A stretch of 64,000 nucleotides of DNA from the human T2T-CHM13v2.0 reference genome, Homo sapiens: assembly GCF_009914755.1 (NCBI RefSeq), contig NC_060932.1. One strand, 5' to 3'. The translations under genes were made by a program, and so were the position numbers. Within the stretch, counting starts at the first letter, position 1. Each line of letters begins with the position of its first letter. Under the pieces are notes generated by a model. That model searched no databases and had not been told where the DNA came from. It saw only the letters and a program-made list of their open reading frames with translations. Positions 1-17,919 of the stretch are shown here, in pieces.

Positions 1-870
1 AAAAAAAATTTTGGATTCCATTTTCCCCAGCAGCTATTGACATACTTCTCTAGTTCACTTTACAGCAAAACTCCAAAAGCATTGTCTCCACTCTCTGTCT
101 TTCATTTATTGCCTCTCCTTCTCTCATAAACCCTTTCCAATAAGTCTTTTACCTTCATTCCACTGGATCTACACTATTCTTGTCAGGTTACCAATGATCT
201 CCATGGTGCTAGATCCAATGGTAAGTTCTCAGTCCTCATCTTACTCTACCTATTATTTGACATAACTGATGAGTCTCCTCTTTGATATCTTTCTTCACTT
301 GGCTTTTCCTACCCCACACTTTCCTTGCTTTCCTGTCATCTCAGTATTGCTGCTTCTCTATCTCCTTTGCTGCCTCTTCTTCTACCCAAACTCTAAATGT
401 TGGCATGCCCCAGGGATCAGTCTTTGGTCTCCTTCTTTTCTGTATCCACACTTACTCTTACTTCATTGGGTGATCTACACCCATCTTGCAGTTCAGACAT
501 CATATATATGCTGCTAGTTCCCAAACTCATTTTTCCAGATTTGTCCCCTGAACTAGTCTCATGTGACGAACTGACTACCTAAACATCTTCGTTTGTATAC
601 ATAAGTGGCATCTCCAAACACATCCAAAACAATACTCCCAACATTCCCTCCCCATCTCTTGCATTTTCATTCTTCTAATTGCTCAGCCAAAATTCTTGTA
701 CTATCTTTGATTCCCCTTATTCTCTACATGCCCCACATACAAACATAAGAAAATTCTGTTGCCTCTATTCTCAAAATCTGCCTATCTAGATGGAGATATA
801 GATATAGACGCTATCACCTCTGTCTAATCTACCATTATCTCTTGTTTGGATTATTGAAATAGCTTCCTAG
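1..870 (+). mobile_element. L2 LINE fragment (RT region)
   Basis: ORF 282-473 contains VGMPQGSVFGLLLFCIHT, a decayed form of the L2/CR1 RT motif G(V)PQGSVLGPLLF; pyrimidine-rich L2-like flanks. Confidence 0.8.
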
Positions 871-879
871 CTATTTGGA

Positions 880-1120
880 AACAGCATGATGTGCTAGACA
901 ATACTTTGGACTTTTGAACAAAATGCTGGATTCAAAGCCCACCTTTGTTACTTAGCAGTCATGTGACAATAAACAAATAGATTAAACCCTTTGGCCTCTG
1001 TTTCCTCAGATGTAAATTGGAGGACGATAATAGTACCAACCTCATAAAGTTTAGTGAGAATTCAATGTATTAGCAACTTAAAGCTCTGAAAGCAATGTCT
1101 GACCCCTAGTGAATCATACA
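880..1120 (+). mobile_element. MIR SINE
   Basis: MIR core GCCTCTGTTTCCTCAGATGTAAATTGGAGGACGATAATAGTACCAACCTCATA. Confidence 0.8.
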
Positions 1121-1704
1121 TACTATTATACTCACAAAGTATAAAGTATTCATTCTTTTTGTTATTTTTATCTAAAAGGAACTGAGAGATTCAAGCTCTT
1201 TAAATATAATTTCAACTTTATTTCAGATCCAGGGGTACATGTGCAGGTTTGTTACATGGGTATACCACGTGATGCTGAGGTTTGAGGTACAAATGATCTC
1301 GTCACACAAGTCCTAAGCATACTACCCAATATTTAGTTTTTCAGCCCTTCCCCCTGCCTCCCACTCATGTCTAACTAGTCCCTGGTGTACACTGCTGCCA
1401 TCTTTATGTCCATGGCCACCCAAGGTTTAGCTCCCACTTATAAGAAAGAACATGTGGCATTTGGTTTTCTGTTTCTGCGTTAATTTGCTTAGGATTATGG
1501 CCTCCAGCTACATTCATGTTGCTGCAGAATACATGATTTAATTATTTTTTATGATTGCATAGTATTCCATGTTGTATGAGTACCACATTTTCTTTATCCA
1601 GTCCACCACTGACTGGCACCTAGGTTGACTTCATGTTTTTTGCTATTGTGAATAGTACTGTGATGAACATGTGAGTGCATGTGTCTTTTTGGGTTTTGGG
1701 AAGG

Positions 1705-2467
<763 letters not shown>

Positions 2468-3652
2468 TAAGTTCTTTGAGAAATTTCAAAACTGCTTTCC
2501 ACAGTGGATGAACTTATTTACATTCCCACCAACAGTACATAAGTCCAACAGTACATAAGTGCTCCCTTTTCTCTGCAGCCTCATCAACATGTTATTTTTT
2601 GCCTTTTTAAAAATAGCCATTCTAACTGGCATGAGATGACATCTCATTGCGGTTTTGATTTGCATTTCACTGATGATTAGTGATGTTGAGCATTTTTTCA
2701 CATGTTTGTTAGCCACTTGTATGTCTTCTTTTGAGAACTATCTGTTCATGTCTTTTGCTCATTTTTTCATGGGGTTATTTGTGTTTTGCTTGTTCAAATG
2801 TTTAAGTTCCTTATAGATTCTGGACATCAGGCCTTTGTCAGATCCATAGTTTGTGAATATTTTCTCCCATTCTGTAGGTTGTCTGTTTAATCTATTGATA
2901 GTTTATTTTGCTGTGCAGAAGCTCTTTAGTTTAATTAGGTCCCACTTGCCAATTTTTGTTTTTGTTGCAGTTGCTTTTGAAGATCAGTCATTAATTCTTT
3001 CCCAAGACTGATGTCCACAATGGTGTTTCTTGGGTTTCCCTTTAGGAGTCTTATAGTTTAAGGTCTTACATTTAAGTCTTTAATTCATCTATCTTGAATT
3101 AGTTTTATATATGATGAAAGGTAGGGATTCAGCTTCATTCTTCTGCATCTGGCTAGCCAGCTATCCCAGCACCATTAAATGAATAGGTAGTCCTCTCCCC
3201 CATTCCTTATTTTTGTTGACTTTGTCAAAGATCAGATGGCTGTAGGTGTGCAGTTTATTTCTTCATTGTCTCTTCTGTTGCATTGGTCTACATGTCTTTT
3301 TTTGCATCGGTACCATGCTGTTTTGGTTACCATAACCTTATAGCATAGTTTGAAGTTGAGTAGTGTGATTCCTCCAGCTTTGTTATTTCTGATTAGGATT
3401 GCTTTGGCTACTCAGGTTGTTTTTTGGTTCCATATGAATTTTAGAAAAGTTTTTTTCTCTTTCTGTGAAAAAATGACATTGGTAGCTTGATAGGAATAGT
3501 GCTGAGATACAAACTTTTCTTTCATGAACTTTAAACTCATTCCAAATAGCTATTCAAAAGAATTTTTATAGTTTTACCTAGACAACTTACATTCTCTTAG
3601 AAGTTTTATTAGAGATTTAATTTTCAAACACATATTTGCCTGCAATGAGAAC

Positions 3653-3655
<3 letters not shown>

Positions 3656-3686
<31 letters not shown>
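3656..3686. repeat. (TG)n microsatellite
   Basis: About 15 perfect TG units. Confidence 0.97.
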
Positions 3687-3689
<3 letters not shown>

Positions 3690-4369
3690 GCCATTTTGGG
3701 AACATAGTAAGGTATAAATAAACATATTTATTCTCACAATTTTTGTGGCCACAAAGAGCAAACATATTAGTCACATACCTTTACTTTGCTGAACGAATAT
3801 ATCACCCAACAAAACGTAAGAATCAGTTACAACCTCAAACTGTTGTCAACAACTTTCTATATGTAATTCATTTACTTACTCACTAACAAGCACTCACTCA
3901 GAAACAATATTTTGCTTCTATAGCTCTTTCATTATCTACTGGGAGATGAACAATTAATGGTAAATTATATACTCTAAGGAAATAGTGGGAGTAACAGAAT
4001 GACTCAAGGATTCTCCCAAAGTTTCACATCTTGAGTAATATCTATCTTGGAAACTGTTAATGTTCACACATTCAATATGAAATTAATGGTTACAGAAGAA
4101 AGGAACATAATTTCTAGTACAAGGCTATAAACCAAGCATAGTTATATATTACCACAAAAGAGATGGGAAAAAATCTATTAAACGTGAGCAATGTCTACTG
4201 TTACAGAATATGTATTACAGAATCAAATGCAACCTTCTTAATTAAACTAGATTATATTTTTTGGCTAGGTTTTCATTTTTGTAAAATGATATTAACACCA
4301 AATGTAGGAGAAGAGCAAGAAAAAAGTGCTAGAAATAAGGCGGTCTTTTGGAAAAAAAAAATTACCCAC

Positions 4370-4690
4370 CTCCAATCTGTTCTACACACTCTAACCAAAG
4401 AGGGAGGGAGGTGTCTAAAACTGAAATCTGATTGTGTCACTTCTCCACTTAAAATATTTTGGGAGATTGTCATTGCCCTTAAGATAATCTAAATTCTGTA
4501 GCATAATTTACAAACTTGTGATCTCACTGCTTTCATCTCTTACCAGAGCCTCATAACCTATGTAGCAGCCTCATTTCCTTTGGTTTCTGGAAAATACTGT
4601 GACTTGCTATTCCTAACATTTAACAGAGTGCCTAGTTTATAGCAGGAGTCTTATAAATACTTATGGAGCGAATGAATGAATGAAAATGAA
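4370..4690 (+). mobile_element. L2 3'-end fragments
   Basis: AAATCTGATTGTGTCACTTCTCCACTTAAAA and terminal (GAAT)n. Confidence 0.6.
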
Positions 4691-6237
4691 TGGATAAAAT
4701 AAAGAGAACACATACTTTTTAAATGATTTTGATATTCATCTTCTCTTTTCATAGCTATAGCCCACAACCATAGCCAATGACAACTTTTTTTAAGTGTCTG
4801 GGTAGTAAAAAACAAAACAATTAAAAACTCAGATTTAAAAGTAATTTCAACAGATTAACAAGTTGATTTTTCAGTCACTGGGCAGGTCTGCACGTGACTG
4901 CAGACAGAATAAAAACTTTGTAATTTTGGTGCTATAAACCAAGGATGATAATTGTGAATACACATGTTTTGAAATCTAATTTTTTAGTTAAAATGTTTAA
5001 AGTCAATGGTGAGTTCCTTTCATTTCAGTGATACTATAAATGATTTAAGGAACAAAGTTTTTAAAAATCATAACTGAGAAGTCACCAGTTGGATCAAGAT
5101 GTAGGGCTGGATACATTCATGTATCACTGCCTCTACTCAAAACCTGCGAAATGGCATCAAAGATATTTAAAGATAAAATAATTCCACTGCAGTAATGGAA
5201 AACAAAGTTTCTATAACCAGGCCAGAAATTTTGAGCAACCTCCGAAAGACAGATGGACTCAGATCTATAGAGAAACCCAGCTGGTGGAAGCCATGTATTG
5301 CAGAGGTATATGCAATTTGGGGGAGCCCTAAGCCCAGAGTCAAGAGGTAACAGATGCTAAAGCAATCAGATATGAGTGCATATTTAATTGAGAACATGTT
5401 TCTTGAGCATCCAGTCCAACTGACTCCTTTCCCCTTTCCAGGTTTTGCTGAGCATTGGGCAGCGATCACTCTTTGGACTCACACTAAAGCAGTCCTAAGA
5501 GTATAAGCCCTAAGGACACAGAGGCAGAGTAGTGCCTCAGATAGCTATTCCCGCCAAAGAAGCATAGGAGTCCACATACCCACAAACAAACCCTCCCTCT
5601 ACACAGCACACCCTCCCCCTCTCTATATTCACCGCGTGAAGTTTATGCTAAATAGAAACGGCATTCAAATGCCTGCAAACAAAAGCTCAGAAATAAAGAA
5701 GAGCATGCCACAGAGAATCACAATGTTTGAGAAAAGCAAATGCCATAAAATAGAGACACTAAAATAAAACAAACAGAAACAAAAACAAATGAACAGAAAA
5801 TCTGAGATTGGCTTAATGAAGAAAATAGAGGGCTTTGAAATAAGAATAGCTAATATCCTCAAATGAAGAACAGAGCATATCACTCCCATTAAAAGAAAAG
5901 CTAAAAAGAAAGAAGGATGGGTGGAGGGTTCCAACATTCATCTAAAAGCTCTTCTAGATCATTTAGGTTGGAGAGGGGAAGTTCATGTACAAAATAAAGA
6001 AATAACAGAAGAAAATGTTCTAGTACTAGTGTGAGTCAGAGAATAGAAAGAACCCACCAAGTGCCAAACAGAGTGAATAAAAAGAGACTATACCCACACA
6101 AATGCTCATGTTTGAAACTTCAAATCCTTTAAATTTCAACAGAGGTAAAAATAACTTACTTATGAAGTAATAAAGATCAAATTGCCTCTGAACTTTTGGC
6201 AACTCTAAATGCTGAAAGATAATGGAGTAGTATCTTT

Positions 6238-8502
<2,265 letters not shown>

Positions 8503-8739
8503 GATAATGGAGTAGTATCTTTAAAGTCTTGAGAAAATAATTTTGAACCTAAGATCCTGTATCCATCCAAATAATCAGTCATATGTGAGTTCAAAATAAA
8601 GATATTTTTAGACATATAAAACTCATAAAAGTTACTTTTCAATTTCTGAAAAATTAGTCAAGGATATACTGTGTCAATATAAAAAATCTATAAATTTATA
8701 ACTATTTTAATTATTATTGATGAATATGCCAGATATTAT

Positions 8740-9440
8740 CTAATGTCATTCAGCATCATTTCCATTTCCTCCCGTAGTCTTCCCAGGGACTAAAAGTCTG
8801 TGAGCTGCATTTCCTTGTCTTCTTTGCTACTGGAGTTTCTGATACTCTATAGATTCTTGCAATGCCATGTACCTGCACCAGATCTGGAAGATGGAAGGGG
8901 AGCAGAGGCCTTTCTTGTAATTGGCAGTGAATGTGTGGATTTCAGCAAACATGGTCTTTTAGGTCAGGGATGTTCAATCTTTTGACTTCTCTGGGTTACA
9001 CTGAAAGAAGAATCATCTTGTACCACACATAAAACACACTAACACTAAGGATAGCCGATGAGCTTTAAAAAAATCATGCAAAAAACTCATCATGTTTTAA
9101 GAAAGTTTATGCATTTGTGTTGGGCTGCATTCAAAGCTGTCCTGGGCTGCATGCAGCCCATGGGCCACAAGTTGGGCAAGCTTGTTTTAGGTAGTTATGT
9201 TTCCCTGACAACCTGTCACTTTAGCACAACTGTGCCATGGCGGTGGCCTTTCCTACCATCTCCTGGTTCCTGGGTGGTGGCAGCAGAAACTTCCTGATTT
9301 TCTGGATCACAGTTAAAGCGGTTGCCTTCTGACTTTCACTCTTTCAGCACTTCCAAAGTTCTAGTAAAGCACCTAATTTCTTCTAATCTCTTTCTGTTTG
9401 GCATAATTAGAGTAGTTTCTGACATTATCGTGATTGCTAA
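8740..9440 (+). mobile_element. Old ERVL-type LTR (LTR33-like), split by MER30
   Basis: GCTGCATTTCCTTG..AGATCTGGAAGATGGAAGGG and 3' TCTCTTTCTGTTTGGCATAATTAGAGTAGTTTCTG. Confidence 0.5.
8965..9184 (+). mobile_element. MER30 (hAT-Charlie MITE)
   Basis: Termini CAGGGATGTTCAA...TTGGGCAAGCTTG; perfect 8-bp TSD TTTTAGGT at 8957-8964 and 9185-9192. Confidence 0.9.
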
Positions 9441-9447
9441 TGGTCTT

Positions 9448-9730
9448 ATTTATTTATTTATTTATTTGTTTATTTATTTATTTATTTTGAGACAGGGTCT
9501 CACTCTGTCAACCTCTGCCTACTGGGCTCAAGCAATCCTTCCACCTCAGCCTCCCAAGTAGCTGAGACTACAGGCACCTGCCATCACACCCAGGTAATTT
9601 TGTATTTTTTAGTAGAGATGGGGTTTCTCCATGTTGCCCAGGCTGGTCTCAAACTCATGAGCTCAAGCGATTCACCCACCTTGGCCTCCCAAATTGCTGG
9701 GATTACATGCATGAGCCACCCCACCTGGCC
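9448..9730 (-). mobile_element. Alu (AluJ-like) with (TTTA)n tail and internal deletion
   Basis: Reverse Alu; CTCACTCTGTCA joined directly to ACCTCTGCCT. Confidence 0.9.
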
Positions 9731-10523
9731 ATGTTAATCATCTTTTTAAAGGCCATAACTATTAGGAATTTTTTTAAATGCCACCCAAAAATTATTTTCA
9801 TAAAGAGAAACTCTCTGGAGTCTAAATTCAAATCAGACTTCTTTTCAAATCTCATACCAGGCTCCTCCCACTCTGTTATCACTAAAGAATTCAATACACT
9901 TAAAAATATAAGAAACCTCACTAAAAACAGATCATTCCTCAAGAGTTTTACAAAATCCGGAATATTTGTAAATTTTTGTGCCGGACTCAAGTTTTCATGT
10001 CCTCCAGCAACTGCAATGAAATCTAGAAAGGTTTTTGCCACACGGTGAAACTTACTCTTATGTAATATATTTATTTTAAAACCCATGAATTTCAATGTCT
10101 CTACAAAGAGAAAAACATGCAAAAACTACCCCAAAATGGGTTTTGTTCTATCTATAAATTTAAGATAAAATTCTACCCCATGAATGAGCCAAAATTTAAT
10201 TTTCATAATAGCACACCAAGAACAAAACCTGTAAATTTTTAGGTAGGGGCCAATTTCTGGGAGAGATACTCAGATTTCAGAAGAGTTTCCTTACTTATTT
10301 CATAGTTGAAACCTTATGAAGTGTAAGTTAAACCTAAGTAAATCAACGGTCTAGGTCTTTAAATGGCATATACAATAAGACTCTACAGAGTGAGCAATAC
10401 AACAAGCCCAGAACAAAAATAGAACTTGTTTAATGCAACTGGCTCTGTGCCTGGCAGGCAGCAAACTTTGCAGAATCTGTAGAATTTCATTGCAACAACT
10501 TCAGCTCCATATTTCTCTAGTAA

Positions 10524-11006
<483 letters not shown>

Positions 11007-11119
11007 CACTCCTTTTCTTTCTAGTTCATGTTTGCATTCAACATGTGTGTAGTGCTTCCTGCATGCCAGGCCCTGCACATAAATGAATAGAACCTGATCC
11101 TCAGCTTTGAGGTCATGCA

Positions 11120-11900
11120 GATGGTGATCTGCAAAAAAGCAAACCTAAAAAACAAATGTAGCTATCTCATGCTCTTACAAAGGTTTCCAGTTACTCATTG
11201 GAAAGTCTTAAGCATGGCATACAGGAATTTCCACAACCTGATCTCTGTCCTCCTAGCCAGCTTCACCTCCTACCATACCTCCCTCAAACTTCACCCTCCC
11301 ACGTTACCAAACAATACTCACAGCTCCCATATACTCCATGCTCTTCCTCAGGCCCGTGCCTCTGCTCATGCTGCCCTCCCTGCTTGGGATGCTTTTGCTC
11401 CTCCTCCTGGTTTGCCTGCCTCCTCCTGCTTCTCAGACATCCAACGGCCTCCTTCAGGAACCTGTCTTGAACACATCTCCATGTTCCCCACTTCCCCAAG
11501 TTGGCTGGCTCTCCGCTCTCCTGTTACCCTCTGTGTTTGCCTCTATCAACAGTTATCACATCGCAGTTGAAATGATTTAGGTTTTACCCATTCACTCCAC
11601 AAACTTTATTGAGGAACCGTTAAGTGCCAAATATTTGTCGAGGTGCTCAGTACACAATAGTGATCAAAATGGACATGCTCCTTGCTTTCATAGACGTCAA
11701 ATGATGAGGGGAGGTGGACAGCAAATAAGTATAAACGTTCACACAACTTGGGGAAATGACCATGAAAATGATGAGAACCATGCTCTGTTAGAGAGAAAAG
11801 GGAGAAATCAACTAAGATGAAGTGGCCCAAAAATTCCTGTCTGAGGTGGTGACAAATGCCTGGCACATAGTAGGTACTCAATAAATGTTTCCTTGACTAT
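11120..11900. mobile_element. L2 fragments (both orientations)
   Basis: GCCTCTGCTCATGCTGCCCTCCCTGCTTGGGATGC; TGCCTGGCACATAGTAGGTACTCAATAAATG. Confidence 0.65.
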
Positions 11901-12972
11901 AAACTGAACAAGTAAGTCTATTCAGGAACGAATGATAAAAGTGTACATGGCAGATATGATGGTGTAAAAGAACATGGTGGATATAGGAAGGACAGTAAGT
12001 AGGAAAAGAAGTTGTGGTGGGGCAGAGAAATGGGAGAGAGGGAGAAAAAGAGAGAGAGAGAGATTGGTCTGTTTCCTTTGGATTGATTCCCTTTCTTGAG
12101 AAAAATGTGAGATCACTTTTGACCACCAGGGGGCAATATTTGATCACAGGTGACAACCACAGTTTTGACTCAGGCCATCATTTTGTAAGGAGGCACTCCT
12201 GTGTTAAGAAATAGAGGACTCAGACCTAAAATGTTATTCATTTTTTTACATTACTAATAAATATAAAATCCTTGAAGATGACAAATACTGTGTTTGGATT
12301 TAAATGAATTAAAATGGAAGAAAAAAAGGCTTTTCATATTCATAGTTCTCTAAGTATCCTTATCTAATGGAACAAATCTCCACTTCCTAATCATTTATAA
12401 TTCCCATCACTCAGCTATAGGTCACAGCAGGTATTAATACTGGATGAGAAGGAATCTTCTGGTTTTTATTCAGTACTTATGCTGTTCAAGCACTTCCAAC
12501 CTGTGCTTCCTTCATATTGAATAGTCTTGTTTAGCTTCCTCATAACTCATTGAGATAGATGACAGGCAATTATCGTTTTTGTTTGGCAGATAAGGAAACA
12601 CGCAAGAGCTCTCTGCTGGTTAAGGCAGAATTGAACATGGCCACCCAAGTTCGACAGGCTGCCTGGGAATCCCTTTTATTCACCACCAGCCAAAATGAGC
12701 AAGCCCTGGAGCACTGCCATTTCTTGGAGAAAGTCAATGACCAGGTGCTTTCAGAGTGATATCTGAGACACCTAGAGATGTTATTCCTGTCAGAGCACAT
12801 CGGGACCTGTATAAAGAGCTTAGAGCCTGTGCTGGGCCCAAAAAGGTGTGTTCCCAGAGGCCTTGGCAACATTTTCACCAGAAACCATTAATAGGAGAGA
12901 CCAGATACTGTTCCAGGAAGTAAAATGTCATAAAAGTTGGAAGGAAATAATCCAGGCTTTGCTACCTGGTTA

Positions 12973-13351
<379 letters not shown>

Positions 13352-13732
13352 CTATCCTGAAAGAATGTAAATCTAATTATGAGAGCATGGCATATATGCA
13401 TTAAAACATTTTCAAATACTATAAAACACTTTCTGTGTGGCAGAATTTCACAGAGATTGTCAATAAATATTTATTGATCACCTACTAAGTGAAGAGCATG
13501 AGTGAGATGAAAAGTATGGAAAAGGCACTGTGGTTGCCCTTGCAGACTTTATACTCCAGTTGTAAAGAGCATGTTTGTTCTGTTTATTAACTTATTCAGT
13601 GAATATTAATGGACCACCTACGATGTGTAAAGCACATGCTAGATAAGAAGAATATGAATAACCCACAATTACCCACAGGAAACTCACGGTCTGGATGGGG
13701 ACTGGCAGACCTATAAACATACCATTTAGTTT

Positions 13733-14056
13733 CTTTCTTTCTTCTTTTTTTTTTTTTTTTTTTTTTGAGACAGACTCTTGCTGTGTCACCCAGGCTGGAG
13801 TGCGGTGGCACGATCTCGATCTTGGCTCACCACAACCTCTGCCTCCTGGGTTCAAGCAATTTTCCTGCCTCAGCCTCCCGAGTAGCTGAGATTACAGGTG
13901 TGCACCATCATTCTCAGCTAATTTTTTGTATTTTTAATAGGGATGGGGTTTCACCATGTTGGCCAGTCTGGTCTCAAACTCCTGACCTCAGGTTATCCTC
14001 CCACCCTGGCCTCCCAAACTGCTAGGATTATAGGCATGAGCCTCCGCGTCCAACCC
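13733..14056 (-). mobile_element. AluS
   Basis: Reverse dimer; imperfect TSD CATTTA(G/C)TTTC. Confidence 0.95.
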
Positions 14057-14073
14057 AAATCATTTACTTTCAA

Positions 14074-14077
<4 letters not shown>

Positions 14078-14121
<44 letters not shown>
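14078..14121. repeat. (GT)n microsatellite
   Basis: About 22 perfect units. Confidence 0.97.
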
Positions 14122-14125
<4 letters not shown>

Positions 14126-14259
14126 ATATATACATATATTCTTACAGGAAGGTAGAGGAGGAGAAAAAAATAATTTATATATATACACACACATATAATT
14201 TTACAACAGTGAAGATTGGACTATTTGTTTATAGATAGGTAGATAGATAGATAATAGTC

Positions 14260-15200
14260 ATTAAGGTGGGCATGAGAACTAGGAGAAATATCACAAAAAA
14301 GGTGACATTTGAGGAGAGTCTTGAAGGTGTTTTCCAAGTAGACTCATAAATGAAGGGTCTTCCAGGTAGAAGGAACTGAGTGTGCAAAATACAGAGTGAG
14401 GAAATGGCATCGTGCTTCAGTCATCACTGAACCACAGCCAAAGTTGAGCAATCATGGGACATAATCACAGTAGTAGGTGAGACCAGATAGCAAAAAGGAG
14501 GGGGATTTCAGCTTTACACAATAGGAAGCCTTTGAATATCAAAAGAGACTCAGACAATCACATTTGCATCTTCAAAAAACCATTTTAATTGCTGCAAGGA
14601 GGATTGTTTGCCATGGAACATGATTAGAGGAAAGGAGATAATTAGGAATGTATTTCCATAGTCCAAACAAAAGCCAATGAGAGGGATGGAGTAATTACTT
14701 AGGATATAGAACCAAGGTGACATGATAGCCAATTAGTGTTGAGAATATGGGATGAGAAGTGTCAAGGACAATGTATCTCTATTGGGTGTTCTTAATTTCT
14801 ACCGGATCTCGACTGGGTGTCTTCAACTCACACCCTGGTTGGCATCAATAGGAGAAAAACTGTAGGAAAATGAATGGGAAAAGTGGAGGTTAAAGTCCTC
14901 AGATTTAAACACGTTGCGCTCAAGGTGCCAGCAAAACATCTGGTAGAGATGACCCACTAGTTGAAAACTAAGGTAGCCATAGAATACTTTCTGGAAAACT
15001 TTGGATTACACTAGGCCTGGAAGAATAGGTAGCGTCTGTAGAGGGAGGTGCAGAGGTGGAGGTGGAGGGTGGTTGGCAATGAAGAACATTCCAGGTAAAG
15101 GAATATTCTTATATTCTTAAGGAAGTCAAAGAGGTAGAAACAATGATTGTATATGAGACCAACCTCAACAAAGCAAGTTGTGAGGAAAAAAGATGATGTT
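14260..15200 (-). mobile_element. L2 fragments
   Basis: AGGTGACATTTGAGGAGAGTCTTGAAGG; CACATTTGCATCTTCAAAAAAC. Confidence 0.55.
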
Positions 15201-15275
15201 CACAGACAGAATGAATCCAGGGTCAAGCACACTCTGAGGAAGGATATTCTGATGATAAGATGCAATCTATGGTTG

Positions 15276-15486
15276 TAGGGGTGTCCAAGGGAGAGAATAC
15301 AGTCATGGGTTCTTAGTTTCTGCTTCCGATTGGGCCAGTAAAGCCCCTTCCTCATCCCTCTTTTCTGCTTATCACTAGAGACAGAAACTATAAACCATGG
15401 CTTCAGGCTGCTTAAAGCCTAAAACAAACAAACAAACAAAAAACCAGAACAACAGCAACAAAATAAGTTAGGTTAGACAAGCTTGG
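15276..15486 (+). mobile_element. MER30B (hAT-Charlie)
   Basis: AGGGGTGTCCAA..TTGGGCCAGTAAAGCCCCTTCCTCATCC..TTAGACAAGCTTG. Confidence 0.8.
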
Positions 15487-15649
15487 TTTAGAGCCTAGAA
15501 AATCTAGCGAGGGTGACAAATGGGAGTTTAGTATATTTTTCAGGGAATGAAGGATATAAAAGAAGGTCATCTTCCTTATCAGAGTAAACTGCAGAGTCTC
15601 CAAAATTAAGTACCCAAAGCACAGTCTCCTATTACAAAGGAGAGGTGAT

Positions 15650-16260
15650 ATAATAATGATACTTGTGAATATTTACTATATGCTAGTCACTGTATTTTAA
15701 GGACTTGACATACTAATTCATTTAATGTTCCCAGGAACCATGAAGTAGATATTATTATTATTATCACCTATGGATAAGATAACTGAGGCACAGAATTGTT
15801 CAGAGACCTGCTGAAGATTACTGTATTAGTCCATTTTCACACTGCTGATAAAGACATACCCAAGACTAGGTAATTTGTTTAAAAAAAAAAAAAAAGAGGT
15901 TTAATAGACTCACAGTTCCACGTGGCTGGGGAGTCCTCACAATCATGGTGGAAGGCATGTCTTAAACGGCAGCGGGCAAGAGAGAACGAGAGCCAAGCAA
16001 AAGCAGAAACCCCTTATAAAACCATCAGATCTCATGAGATGTATTCACTATTATGAGAACAGTATGGGAATGGGAGAAACCACCCCCATGATTCAATTAT
16101 CTCCCACCGGGTTCCTCCTACAACATGTGGGAATTATGGAAGCTACAATTCAAGATGAGATTTGGGTAGGGACCATATCAGTTACACAGCTAGCAAGTGA
16201 TGGAGCCAGAGCCTAGCTGTGCCGCCTGCATCCTCCATCGCTTCACTGCATTGCCTCCCA
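15650..16260 (-). mobile_element. MIR split by a THE1 LTR
   Basis: AACTGAGGCACAGA before and ACACAGCTAGCAAGTGATGGAGCCAG after the LTR. Confidence 0.7.
15822..16180 (-). mobile_element. THE1 MaLR solo LTR
   Basis: TGTATTAGTCCATTTTCACACTGCTGATAAAGACATACC...CCATATCA; 5-bp TSD ATTAC/GTTAC. Confidence 0.92.
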
Positions 16261-17545
16261 AGTACTTAGCTGCTCTCACTCAGTACCTTCCCTTTTTCCT
16301 TGAGCTCATCCATCAGCATCTTTGTTAACACTACCATGATGATCCCAGTAGCAGTCTGCTGCCCTGTCTCCTTAGCAGTGCTGACACAAGCCAAAACTTG
16401 TTAAAAAAAAAAAAAAACTCATAAATGAGAATAGAGTGGAAACACAGGAAGAATACCAAGAAAACCAATTCGACTTATGAAACATAAATGTCTAATCCTT
16501 TTCTAGCTTGCTTACCCTGTTCCTCATGATCTCCTCAGAACACTTTACTCATTCCAAGGGCTGATATCCCTGAATACTTCTTGCCTGATACCCTCACCTT
16601 CCAGCCTTTTTCATGTGGTAAAACCTTCTTTAAAACATGCAAAATGGGAGCAACTATCTGGATATCTGACTTAGAGAAGATCCTTCTTAGTGGAAGTTCT
16701 TTCTCATTTCCCTGGACGTACCTAGGACTCACCTGCTCCCCAGGTGATTGGCATCACACATGACTTCATTCTTCTAGTGAGGTTTCCTGTCCGGGATCCC
16801 CATGCCCACAACTCTCACCTTGAACCATGTTTTTAACTCTTCCAAGTAACAGAGCATTTCCTAATACACTGCACCAAACATTGTGTCCATGTAGGAGGAA
16901 TCACACACCTTAAAAATGGAAGTATTTCCTCACAAAGTGCCAGGTGTTAGACCAGGGAGGAGGCATTGGGCAGAGAGAGGAAAGGACTGGGTTGAAAACC
17001 CTTAAGTGAGTTGGATAAGAATTGAAGAACCCAAAATCACAAGTCCAGGTGACAGATAACTAATTATATTGAGAAAGAATATAGAAGAGAAGTTGGTGGG
17101 AAGAAGTGCTTTTGGCAAGGGGTTAAACAAAGAATTTCCTCTTACCCAAGTTGTCTGAGGTACGGGAGAAAGATCCAAGTGCAGATGCCTCATGGGGAAC
17201 TGAACACCTAGGACTAGAGGTTGGTGCTAGAGTTACAGATAAGGATGTCTTCAGCATAAAGGTGAGAAATGACAAAGAATTGTTCCAAATTTTGAGAGAA
17301 GAAAAAAATACCAACAGGACAGAACTCACAGCTACTGGATAACATGAAAAAAAAAAAAGAAGAGGAAACCAGGAGACAAATGAAAAAGGAAGAGTGCAGG
17401 AGAGAGGGGGAAAACAGAAATATTGAAGCAGCACAGATAATAAAAAGATTTCTGAAAAGAGAGAGCAATTGACTTAAAAATTCCCATGTGGCAAGGAATG
17501 CCATAAATAATAGAAGATAAACAGCATACTGGGAGAAAACATCTT

Positions 17546-17900
17546 GAATTAGTCCTTTTGAGCTACTATAATAAAATACCTTAGACTGGATAATGTATAA
17601 ATAACAGAACTTTATTGCTCACAGTTCTGGAGGCTGGAAGTCCAAGATCAAGGCACCAGCAGCTTCAGTGTCTGGTGAGGGCCTGTTCCTTATGCCTTCT
17701 ATGTGTCCTTCCATGGTGGAAGGGTAAACAGTCTCCCTTGGGCCTCTTTTAGAAGAGAATTTCACTCATGGGGACAGAGCTCTCATGACTTAATCGCCTT
17801 CTAAAGTCCCACCCTTTTGCAGTACAATACTATTGCATTGAGGATTATGTTTCAACATATTAATTTGGCAGGGAGGGACACCAACATTCAGACCATAACA
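17546..17900 (-). mobile_element. MLT1A-like MaLR LTR
   Basis: CTCACAGTTCTGGAGGCTGGAAGTCCAAGATCAAGGCACCAGC..CATTCAGACCATAACA. Confidence 0.85.
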
Positions 17901-17919
17901 CATCTAAACTACATAGAGC

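Noticed and set aside
9703-10122. Overlapping 139-aa and 113-aa antisense ORFs
   Set aside because: AT-rich sequence running into an Alu; no recognisable domain or convincing splice context
11115-11580. 151-aa ORF and signal-peptide-like 80-aa ORF
   Set aside because: Both lie in pyrimidine-rich L2 sequence; the composition explains them
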